DNA of 61,488 bases, the filler included, from Platydemus manokwari (Eukaryota): assembly GCA_037951405.1 (NCBI GenBank). It is 6 parts of 6 records of this genome, joined end to end, with 100 filler letters (N's around TTAATTAATTAA, not from the genome) between each part and the next. Parts side by side here need not be neighbours in the genome. Positions count along the whole stretch, not along the records: positions 1 to 10,421 come from JBBMOY011134995.1; positions 10,522 to 22,912 come from JBBMOY010161121.1; 4 more parts are not named here. The stretch is one strand, 5' to 3'. The position numbers were made by a program, and so were the translations under genes. This document shows positions 1-11,605 of this stretch, in pieces. The number at the start of each line of letters is the position of its first letter. The stretch's first letter is position 1. The notes under the pieces are model-generated. The model searched no databases. It was given only the letters and a program-made list of their open reading frames with translations, and was not told where the DNA came from.

Positions 1-606
1 ACTACCGTTACACTTACATAATCATTGCTGAAATTAACCCGAGAAGAAAAATAATAAAGGACATCATGCAAAACTTATCCTAAAGTGATCATGCAGATGA
101 GTTCATCTTCAAATTCTAAGTTGACATTGCTGAGTACGTAATCTTCTTCGATAATATCAATAATATTGTTTTAATAATTAAAAACTTATTTTTTTCGATT
201 TCATCCAAACAATTAGTCATTTATATATTGCCTCACTAATAATATTTTACTTAAACCTTTGTTCCCTTTAAGAACTCTTTTAAAGATTGAATAAGTATTT
301 TTCAATGAGTCTCGATTATTTATATTACCTGCTTTATCACATTTAATTTACTGGTAACATCAATCAATGGCATTAATTACGAAAAAAGATAATTGGCGAT
401 CATGTGAATTATTGATCTTTTTGAAATGAAACTAAATACAAAACATAAAGTGACATTTATATAATGGCTACGAAATGACGTAAAAAATAATTTCCTATTT
501 AAAAAAGATTTTGTTTGATTAAAATAGTTAAAATCGGAATAGAAGAGAAATATCAGCACACTGTTTTATGTTATTTATTTAAAACTTTTTAGAAATAAAT
601 CTATAT

Positions 607-1455
607 CTAATTCCATGTGTGGGCATGGTACTGTACAACGTATGAACCTCTATCTCGCATCGATTCTCTACACTTCTGCCAGTCGTCATAGTTCATTCTG
701 TTAAAATCTTTACAGTGATAATCACTATTGTCTTTGTTAAGCCAACTAAAAGGATTAAATATTTCTGGTTGATAAATTTTCATTGAACTGTTCCTATCAT
801 TATTTCGAAGTCTGAAACTCCTCAACGTGTTTGACAATAAGATCGGTCCGGTAAGTACTTCGGGTGTAGTGCCATTATCTAGTGTTATTAAATTCTTGAT
901 CACTCCATGAATCATCTCCAACCAGAACTCATGTCGAGGTGAAGCATACATGAAAGAATTTTGTACATATCCTTCTGGTAAACTCGTATCACCAAATTGA
1001 CCTTCCATTGCTCCGAAAACCAATGAATAGCCATCGAGCAAATGTTCAAATGGTTTCAAGCATTCATTATCGAGATCGGTATAAATTCCTCCATAATGAA
1101 ATAGATAGAAATATCGACTAACATCGGCACGATTTATCGGTTCTGGAAGATTCATATACGTAGGAAGAAACCAAGAGTAATGTTTTTCAATGAATTTCAA
1201 GTTTGCCTCATCTGTCCAGAACATATACGTCCAATCTTTAAAACAATGATCTGTCCACGATTTGGAATAGTTTCTGAAACGTTCATCAACATTTTCATTT
1301 TTCCACGATTGGTGAATTATTTTGGTTACTCTATGAGTTGGTAGAGTAACGAAATATGAGTATCGGTTGAATAAATGCATTACGAAAACGAGACACAATA
1401 CAACAATCAACACCAGTGAGATAAGTCTACGATATTTCAGACTGATATAATTCAT
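607..1455 (-). CDS. Intronless GT32 (DxD) glycosyltransferase, SUR1/CSH1/OCH1-like, predicted type II membrane protein (282 aa from the first ATG)
   Basis: N-terminal hydrophobic anchor (LISLVLIVVLCLVFVM), then KIIHQSWK, YMFWTDE, INRADVSRYFYLFHYGGIYTDLD (GT32 signature with DxD), and TGP. First ATG is at 1455; the ORF track starts at a TTG. Confidence 0.88.
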   Translation of the reverse strand: MNYISLKYRRLISLVLIVVLCLVFVMHLFNRYSYFVTLPTHRVTKIIHQSWKNENVDERFRNYSKSWTDHCFKDWTYMFWTDEANLKFIEKHYSWFLPTYMNLPEPINRADVSRYFYLFHYGGIYTDLDNECLKPFEHLLDGYSLVFGAMEGQFGDTSLPEGYVQNSFMYASPRHEFWLEMIHGVIKNLITLDNGTTPEVLTGPILLSNTLRSFRLRNNDRNSSMKIYQPEIFNPFSWLNKDNSDYHCKDFNRMNYDDWQKCRESMRDRGSYVVQYHAHTWN

Positions 1456-3035
1456 GATGATATATTGAGAGAACAATTGACAAATTCGATTTTTTGTGAT
1501 TTGTTAGATTATTAATAACGATTTAAGAAATATTTGATAATATTTAAAACAAACCAAATCAATAAATTAAAACTTAGTGCCAAAGGTCAAGATAAATAAA
1601 TATATAACCCGGTAGTTTCATTATCTATTAATAGCTGATATAAAATTTCTTTTTGTGGCATTAATACAGTCTAGAATCGTTTTGTTCAAAACGTCTATTT
1701 ATCAGATTTTTTTAATTTTATATTGATTAATAATATCACTTTTGAAAATAAAGATGTTTTTTCTATCTATATATCATTTTTTAAATATAATTTTAAATTT
1801 ATGAAATTTAAAATTATTCTGATCAAGAAGGACATTATTTTAATTTATCTGATAATATTTTTAATGTTTAGAAAATTTGTTTAAAATTATATTTTTTATT
1901 GAATTTCTGTATTGATTATTTGAATGATAATTTGAGCGATATTATTTTTTGTATTCGATTCTGAGCTGATTAATGCCAGATGCTTGGTCGAAAAGGCACA
2001 TTTTATCAAATGATGTACCTGATATTTCTAAGTTATCAAGATAGACTAAAACTGATACATTAAAGTTTTGATAAATTTGATTTTACTAAACTCGAGTACC
2101 TTTTCCAAATTGGGTGCGGTTTCTGGGAAGTACTTTATATTCAAGTAAAGAGTGCATACACAATTAGCTGTGAAATGATAGTATCTATGTATAGATGTTA
2201 GCAATAACATTATGTAATGTACGAAAAAGATGGTAAGTATGATGGTCACAGACTACAGATAAATCTGTTCCGTTGGATTCGTTATAAGTCCTGAAATTTT
2301 GTTTAATTTTATTACTTAAATTTCTATTTTTTATTATTTGGCACAGAATCAACATAGAAGAAGGTAGATCCAATAGAGAATTATATTTAATAAAGACCAA
2401 TGTCAATGCTATTTTTAATTCTATAATTATAAAGTTTAGGATACCTTGAACCGAACTTTTCTTTTAAATCTTACTAATATCATCCTTACTCTATCCACTT
2501 AGGGAGTAAGTCTGACTCCTTTTTTGGAATAATTTATTATTATGTCACGGTGAAATTACACCAAAATCAAGTCGTAAAATCCTCAATTCACAAAATTAGA
2601 CAAAATCGAACAACAATGGTAATTCATTGAAAAATACCAGCTCAGAAACTACTCCTGCTTGTATTTCAATTTAGTCACAACGTCTACGGTGTTACACTAT
2701 CGTAGTTGTCTAAACTAAACGAAAATTATAATTAAATACAAAAATTGATACTGGAATTAATTATAGTAATAATTAATAAAAATATTATTTCCTTTACAAG
2801 AAAAATCCTTACACAAAATAAGAATAATGGCAAAGAGCACAAAATAATAATAAAAATAAATTATTGAAAGAATAAATTAATAAATAATAATTNNNNNNNN
2901 NNNNNNNNNNNNNNNNNNNNNNNNNNNNNNNNNNNNNNNNNNNNNNNNNNNNNNNNNNNNNNNNNNNNNNNNNNNNNNNNNNNNNNNNNNNNNNNNNNNN
3001 NNNNNNNNNNNNNNNNNNNNNNNNNNNNNNNNNNN

Positions 3036-6000
3036 AATTATTTTAAGCAAATAATTTAAGGAAATGAATTTAAAATTCAGTTACTGACATGACAATCTAA
3101 TATTGTCAAATCCGTGCATGTGAAGTTTGCTGCAGAGTGATGCAGGTGAAGCCGACATAAAATCGATGACAGACAATTGAAGACGGCCTTTGGAAGATGA
3201 TAGTTTAGAAGAAATCAAATATCTTCATTTATTATTTCAAGTTTAGGTTATTATTAATAGTCATTGTGAATGCTGGTAATAATCAGGGGTTATTAAAGTA
3301 GCCTATTCGTAAAATATTTTTACGATTGTAGTAGTAAGTCCAAATGCAATGTCTAGGACAGTATTTCCAATTTGTGATCAGGCCTGATCCGCTTATTGAG
3401 ACTTTTATCAGGGCCTTGGTACTGGAGTATTTAAAAATATTTGTGTACAGTTTAATACAAAATACATCTTGATTATTGTCGTTTTGGAGTCGGATTAATA
3501 AGCGATTTATTGCATGTTACATCAGGTACACTCAAAAATAGGATGGAGAATACATATTTTAAAATAGGCTAACAATCGACTCCATTATTTGACATTCTGT
3601 TATGATAATTTAAAATTAACTTAAATAATATTAAGAAATTTCTTTTCTAGATATTGAAGGCCAGATTCATTTCCATCCAAATCTATAATAAATGTTCCTC
3701 TTTCTTGAAGACGATGTAGAATGAGTGCTTTACCCAAAGCTTTATTCAATATCATAAACTTTCCCCAAATGACTCAGGTCTCTGTAAAACTTTATTTATT
3801 TTAGGTATCGCGGTATGTGGAGGTGATGTTATCGTTGTAGAGTCATTGATGAATCTTCTACAATAATTTGTAAGACCCCATAATGATTTTAATTTTCATA
3901 TGCATTGTCGTTTTTAAGCGTGAAGGATTTGAAAAAATTTATTAACGTTTGTTTTCACTCAATCTTTTTTACGATATGACACAAAGATTTAATTTCACCA
4001 ATCCGAACTGAAGTCTGCTTAAACAAAATTGATCCGTGTTTGTGCTAAAAGCTGTAGCATTATGTGAATTTGCGACAAGTTCAACTTGGTAGTATGATTG
4101 TCCGAGGTCTCTTCCATTATAATAAGTTTTGAGTCCATTAATCTTGTCTTGTATTCGCGATTTACTCGTTCACATGTTTCTTTTCAAACTATCTATGTAC
4201 TGTGAAACCCTTATACTTCTAAAGTTCTGCTGACCAAAATTGTTTCTCGCATTTTTAGAAAAGATCGTCTTTGTACTCCATTTATATTTGAAACCACCGA
4301 TACTAGTTGAGATACTTTTGTATTTTTGTTAATCTTGGTAAGGAGATAAATTTCAAACATATCGATTTCTGACCTGTATTTCAAGCACTCTTAGAATTAA
4401 TATCTTTAATAACTTTTTCTTACTTGAAGCATGAATTAAAAAACTGCCAGATCTTAAATTTGAATCTCGAATGTACCCAATCCCTCATTACCATTTTGCT
4501 GAACTAGATAATTCAACAATTAATTCAGAAATTGTCTTTTTAATCTAAAGATTTCCATCAACTTCCCTCTTACGTCTTCTTCTTGTATTGCGCTAATCCT
4601 GAAATTTATCGATAAGATCCCAGTTTCGACCGATAAAAATAGGTCAAAATAGCTTATGATATTAATGTTATTCATTAATAACCAGAATTTCGTATCCTAA
4701 ATTGAGTGTCGTTATTCTGGTTTCGAGTATCATATTTTTGAACATTAACGTTCAGATCTCTTGTGTCTTCTGAAGTAATTTCCATTTTGTGATCCCCAGT
4801 AACAGCTTTAGAAAATATATGCCTTATAAAACAGTATAAAACAGCTGAATAATAAAACAAGCAATCACATGGCTAATACAAAATTCAAAACTCAGGCACT
4901 TAAAATCACTGATACAATAAATAACCAAGCTTATTTTATGAATACTTTTTCTTTAAATATATTGTCGAAATTTTAGAAACCCTACATGGTACAAAAAATC
5001 ATGTATTCTTAATCTGACCTCAGCGGAACAAATATAAATATAAACATTATCGGCTTTCATTCGAGGCACAAAACTTTTTTTGAAATTTTCTTGACCAGTT
5101 CAATTAAATCTCGATCATAATTGATAATTTTACTTAATTAATTTAATAAAATTTTATTTGGTGACTGTGTGTCGGTTTTGGAATAAAATTAGAACTCTGT
5201 AACCAGATTTTCATCAAATAAATGAAAATAATATTGTTTTAATATTACATTTATTAAGATAAAAGTAATTGAAATTAAAATAAAAAGAAATCTTAGCGCG
5301 TAAACAATATAACAATAAATATACTTCGAGAAAAGTTTTCGTTTTTTCTTCAAATCCATAATTAACTTTGGTTCGTTGATTATTTCCTTCAATCTGGGAG
5401 TGTTGCTTAAGTTACTCGGATTTCACAGACTATCAGATATCTTCTATGGGAAATCAATCCGATTCTTTTTCTCTAATTCATTTTTATAATGAAAAATAAA
5501 TTAACTCAAAGATTCTGAAAATGATCGACAAAATCAGATTTGAAGTGACAAAATTCCATTTAGGTACTCAGCATTAAACTTTCTTTCCTTTCTTGTCGGT
5601 TCATTTTCCTGGTGATAAAACAATCACAAAATCTTTTTCTGGAGATTTTAAATAAATCTATCCTCTCAGTTTTCAACTTTAATTTTTTCATTCTAGATTT
5701 AGGTCAAAAATCGATAATATTAAAAAATCGATAAAATTTAGAATTTAATTTAGAGTTTACCTCAAAAAAAAATTTGATCATTTATTGTTATTGTCATTAA
5801 AATAAATAAAAACATTAGCAATATTTTACTGTAGTTAAAGAAATCTTGTAGGACTAGTTAGTCGTGAGGTAGGCATTTCAAAAGTCCCGATCCTGAATTA
5901 GTCCATGCTCTTGATGTACTTCCTTTTATATTATGTGATTATCACATTGTTAGAGTTTGAACTTGAACGCAAGTTGTAACCCGAGAACCGATGCCTCGTT

Positions 6001-9000
6001 GATCATCAATTGGAATCAATTTTTGATTTTCGCAATAATTGCTATGTCATCTACATAGGCATCGCATAAAATTTGACGATTTGCAATTATAAGGCCTGGG
6101 TAGTAGTCTTTTAAGAGTAGTTCGGCAGTTATTGGTGGAACATCGTGTGATTCTGAAGGTATTTCTAGTCAGATGTTCAAAAATTATGAACATTGCTTTA
6201 GGATCGAGTGAATGGAAGGGTACTTCAGTGTCCAAGATTCCTATGTAAGTGTTATTGATACTTTTCATACTGTGTTCTTCAAAAGTGGCTGTGTTCGGCA
6301 CATTAATCATTTTGATTTAGGGTCTTCTGAAATCAATATATTAAGTTGTTTTAATCAATCCTATTTCTCAGTTGGCTGCACAGAATAATTGTGAAAAATG
6401 TATGGTTGGTGTCCAGAAGAACAATATGGCTTCAGGCACTGACTTGCTAATAGGGGCCCTCATATACGGGTTTAGGTATTTTCAATGTTGCGTATATTTT
6501 CCTTTCAACGAATATATATTCTTTAAATATCCATTTTGTGAAAAACTTGTTTATTATTACTGTCTATGGATCTGGATGCAGAATCTCTTTGTAGTTGATC
6601 TTGTTGTTTTTCAGGAGCACTAGAATCCTTTTAGCAAAGGTTACATAAATAGTTTCTAGTTCTATTTTGTTGCAGTTAAATTTTGGTTACGTTTCTTAAA
6701 TTTCTTTAATAAAAAATAATTTTTTCATGCTTCCGTACATGATCCTTTGTATTCAGGAAGATTAGTTCTTTGCTTTTGTTTTTCTTCAATTGTTAGTCAA
6801 AGTATTTTTTAGTAGGTAAAACTCGACTTTTAAGTATTTGGTGACAAATTTAAACTCAACAGGTGGAGAGTGGTTAAACAGTCTCTTTAGTTTCAGATCC
6901 GTTTCATCACTTTTTCTGATTAGTTCTACTTAAATAAATGTTACTTGGTGATAAAATGTGCAGACACATAAAATTATTTCACAGAATTCGTTAAACATTT
7001 CAATTAATATTTCATTTATGAAGTTGGTGGCCAGCGTTCTGTTAAGGATGTTCTGATTTCAAATGAATCTTTTGAGAGCTTATTGGAAATGAGCATTAGT
7101 TGTTCGCCTATTTTGACCTTCCATTCTTGTTTAAAGATTAAGTTATTTGCATTTTTCTTTATTGTCTTCATATTTATTCTCAGGAAGTAAAAGTTGCGGC
7201 TAGTATTCAGAGTCCTCAAAATTACATTGTAGTAATGTGGTCTTTATAAGACCTTTTTTGAGGCCTTGTTTGTCACATATCAATATATAAATATTTCTAT
7301 TCAGATTATTGAGGACGTTTGTCCTTTCTTTATTCATGTCATTATCTCTAGGGTACAGTAATTGAAGTATGTTTTTGGTAAAAATATTGTCGCTAGAATC
7401 CAGCGTTTAGATTTCATTAGAAATGGGCAAATCATGTCTCTCACTAACAGAGATCATGATAGTTTTATAGGTTTCCTCTAGCAAAAATCATTTTATATGA
7501 TGAAAACCTCATGTGTTGATGACTATTTTACTGGCATTTCCTCCATTTGTCATTAATTCTGTAACAGCAAATGATAAACAGCGATTATTTAACTAAAGAT
7601 GTGTTGAAACATATTTATCAATCTGATCTTTGCATAACCAATTGATTTTTGACACGGAGAATCTTTTGTTAAATCTAGACAAGACCCCAGTGGGATCCCA
7701 TCAAAATTCAGGTTCCATGTAGCTCGTAGTACAAGATAATAAGTTCTCCTTACTATCTCACAGCTTTGTACTGCGATGGTTGACAGTAATTTTTTCGTAC
7801 TGATATTCTTTAATGCTGACGCTATGGCCTGTTAATTCATTAGGATTAATATTATTCCTTGATTTGAAAGGCTTTTTGGATTTTCGAGAATAGTGCTTCT
7901 TTATTCATTATGTTATGAAATTCTTATCGATTTTCAAAGGGCCATCTATCTTGCATATATTACCGTAAGGTCGTCTTTCATCTTTTCTTTTTCAAATTCG
8001 AATCTTTTGGTGAAGCAAAGGAGATAGGACATATTATTTGCTGTGGCATAAGCGTATAACTTATCCAATACTTCGATCTCCCACAAAGATAAAGCAGATG
8101 TTACCGTACTGATTTCAATGGGTCTTTCAGTGAAGAGTAAGTGAAATTCTCTGGTAAAATTGTTTTACTAGTGAAACTAATCAATTTGAGGTTTGTCTTT
8201 AGAGCTTCTATTCTAGTCTAATTTGTATTTCTGTAGGAGATATTCCGGTTCTAGTGAAAAATGGTTGATGTATAGAGGTCAACTTCCTCCTTTTCTTTGG
8301 CTTGAGAATTCCTGCTATTGTAACTTTATTTCGTCAAAAGTTTCTATTGTAAAGATTGAACAGGTTAATTCTTTTATCATTGCCATATGCATTAGTTTAC
8401 CGAATAGGATTTTCATAATTTGATCCGTAACCGTATGTTCTATTCCATAATCACAAAGGTTATTTTTGAAGTACCTCATTTCGAAGTGCGTCATTATTAT
8501 TTAATGCGATGATATTATTACAGTTACGCTGTTTTCATGCTTGTTTGTTTCAATCTGCTCTCTTGCGACTTTCTTCAAGAATTTTTCTGAATTTATCTAA
8601 AATTGTTTTTAAGATGTCGTTAAAAACTTAGAGATCCGAATACAATTTCCAGAGACCATGATTTAACAATGTTAATAATGACAAAAATTAAGAGTCTTCG
8701 TTTTTCCTTGGAATGGATTCCATTTAGTAGAGTCAGTAGATGAAGAGTATCTTTACTTTGTTGATTATTTTATTTAAACCTAGATTTAAAACCCTATAAA
8801 CGTAATCTTCTTCAGAAGTTTCATCAAATATTGTCATGCGATTTGATTTATTGGTCGAATTCAAGTTGTGCCTGTTATCTCCTGGACTCGGGATGCTTGG
8901 GGTCTTTTTGATATTATCATCTCTCCAATTCATAGATTTCACAACATTTGCATAAGATAGTCTCGTATTGGTGTTGTATTGTCTTTTCTTCACGTAAGAG

Positions 9001-9460
9001 TATTTACCAGTATTTTCAATAATTTAATCCGATTACCATTTTCCCAAAAGCCTGACAAACGGGTTTATTTGTCTATAACTAATCAGCCTAGCACGTGGCG
9101 CATAACTAGAGCAATGATTTTGAGATTTCCAGTTACCGTTTCTCTTTAGATTAAGGGCATAGTGAGGCTCGTCAACATTTTGAGAGAACTCGTCATCAGT
9201 GTCATACCAATCTTGTTGCCTCTCTTGCCAAGCAAATTAATTATTTTCAAACTAAGTAAGTTTAGAAGCTTTTAATTACTTCTTATTGAAGTTTGAAGCC
9301 TTTTAATGTTAAAAATATTAAGTAATCCGAATATGTTATTCAATAGAAAATACACTGCCAATTTGGAAGAATGAAACATTAATTAGAATGATAACATAAG
9401 CATATGGTGGTAACACAACAAAATGATGAATGAGTAATTTAAAGAAATGATACCAGATCA
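3036..9460 (-). mobile_element. Highly decayed Ty3/Gypsy-like LTR retrotransposon (RNase H and integrase remnants, possible env-like 3' region)
   Basis: Stop- and frameshift-riddled minus-strand remnants in Gypsy order. RNase H-like RPIEISTVTS (~8100) and QAIASALK..KITVNH (~7800); integrase Zn-domain-like ITAELLLKDYYPGL (~6100); YHQEN, resembling YHPQxNG (~5610). Boundaries are approximate. Confidence 0.5.
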
Positions 9461-10421
9461 AATCAAGGTACCGAACTCTACAATTATCCTAGTGAAAGAG
9501 AAAGAAAAAATCGTATCAAATAAACATAAATATTCGATTTTGTCGATTTGAATTTGGATTGGATTCCAGTTTCTAGAAGACTGACTGAAATTCAGAGTGA
9601 CTTCCTTGCTGACTCGGATAGTCACCCGAATTTGTTTAAAGGTTAAAAGTTGTGATGATTGCACACTACCTTATCTATTACCAAGGGTCGAAAAACAATC
9701 TATTTCAGCACAAAGTAGTTTGAACAAGACTGTTTCCGGAATCTCGGATGAGATTTGAATTGATTTAAATTAATATCAGATTGATAGTAGAAGCGGTTAG
9801 CAGATAGAATAAAAACCAATAAAAAATTTTCTCAAGGTCATTTTGTTGATGGTCATTTTCTTTCAACTAATTATCAATTAAAAATAAACTAAGTGCATCT
9901 CTTGGAATTCCGTTTATTTCATATAAAATTATTCTTCATAATATCAGACCAAACCAAGAAAGATTTTTTATTAAAGATTCTTTAATTTTGACTCGGTAAA
10001 TCTTTACAAATGCAAACAACAGGTTACAATTCTTATTTCCAAGGAAGTTGATTTTGGTAATTAAATCGTAGTCTTAACACAATCTATTATTATCTCAAAA
10101 CTGAACTGTTCCGAATAACATTACTGAGAAATAAAATGATTTGATGTTTATTTAAAGCATTTATTGTTTTTGATAAAAAAATTTTATACCTGATCGAAAA
10201 ATTACATTTCATGTGTCTTTTCTTTTTATTAATCCTAATCACAAAAATGACCCACATACATAAGGCACATTAATTTCAAGCTAAGTACTACCATATTAAA
10301 TATTTGTCTGCTATAAACATTTCTAGGATTACAAATTTTCGTCACTAACTAAATAGGCCTTAATTACGTTAATATACTGAATTAATCACCTCCATATTTC
10401 CACTAAGTTCAGATTTGTAAA

Positions 10422-10521
10422 NNNNNNNNNNNNNNNNNNNNNNNNNNNNNNNNNNNNNNNNNNNNTTAATTAATTAANNNNNNNNNNNNNNNNNNNNNNN
10501 NNNNNNNNNNNNNNNNNNNNN
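10422..10521. other. Artificial contig spacer (44N-TTAATTAATTAA-44N)
   Basis: Identical 100-nt spacer with a six-frame-stop linker. Confidence 0.97.
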
Positions 10522-11605
10522 TAATCCAAAAGATTTCAAAACGTAAATTGATAGAATAGCAAATGTTACTATATTGGGGGTGATTTAATAAAAATTGATA
10601 TAACAAATTTGATTGTTTCTGTATTTATTTATAAATATGTTCTCTGTTAATAAAAATCAAGAAAAATGTATTTTTAAATTTAATTATGATTTAAATAAAA
10701 ATATAAAATATTAACTGATATTGCTACCAGCATTATTCATTGTGTATCGATACAGATTTTTAGAAATGCACTAAATAACGCTAAAGGTTGTAAGGAAATT
10801 TTAAAATAATAAACGATATTGTTAAGAGATCACAGAAGTATTTAATCCAACCATTAAATTTCAAAAACTGTAGATGACTTGGGATTTTATCGCATAAATA
10901 TTATTTTTCCAAGCAGTTCTTTGAAATGTGAATAAATTGCACATGATATGAACACAAGGTCTTAAAAATGCGAAGAATAAAGATATTTAGCTTGAGAAAA
11001 TATTCTGATTGATCATATATTTTCTAACAAACAATCTACCACCGTCCCAGAAATATAGTTGATATTAAGTTCTGGCAGGTGATTGTGAAAATGATGTAAA
11101 AATTTAGAAAGTATTTTAAGTCAATTTTAAGTAAAAATTAAAATAAATTGCGAATGAAGATTTTTTTAGCTATATTTCAATTTTTTAACTCGAAGTTCTC
11201 CGTTTTTATATGGTATATATTTTGCCTATCAATATGCGAAATAAATTTATTCAAGTTAAATGATCAAGTTTTAATTTTGCGATTTTAGTTCACATTATTG
11301 ATTTTTCTTAATCATGAAACAATAAAAGTTTTCATTAAACCGATCGATCTACCAGCCATTTTTTGGTCATTGAAACACTTTTGTCCACTGTTATGTTTTG
11401 TTTTGTTTTCTATTTCAGATCTAACCAGTATTTCTCGGTAATTGCTGACCAATTATCTTTAAACTATAATTTTTAATATTTAATTCATATAATGGAGCTT
11501 AACTTAAAATTTTTTCATGAAATTGTTGATTACCTTATCGTCTGACAATTTATAGCTTGAAATTTCGTGTATATGCTAATATGTTACTATTTTAATATTA
11601 TTCAG

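Noticed and set aside
1960-2010. LMPDAWSK resembling a PHM N-terminal exon
   Set aside because: Very short match, no canonical donor, and on a different segment from the PHM exons.
10466-10477. Recurrent TTAATTAATTAA palindrome as a biological motif
   Set aside because: Always embedded in 44-N flanks; it is an assembly linker.
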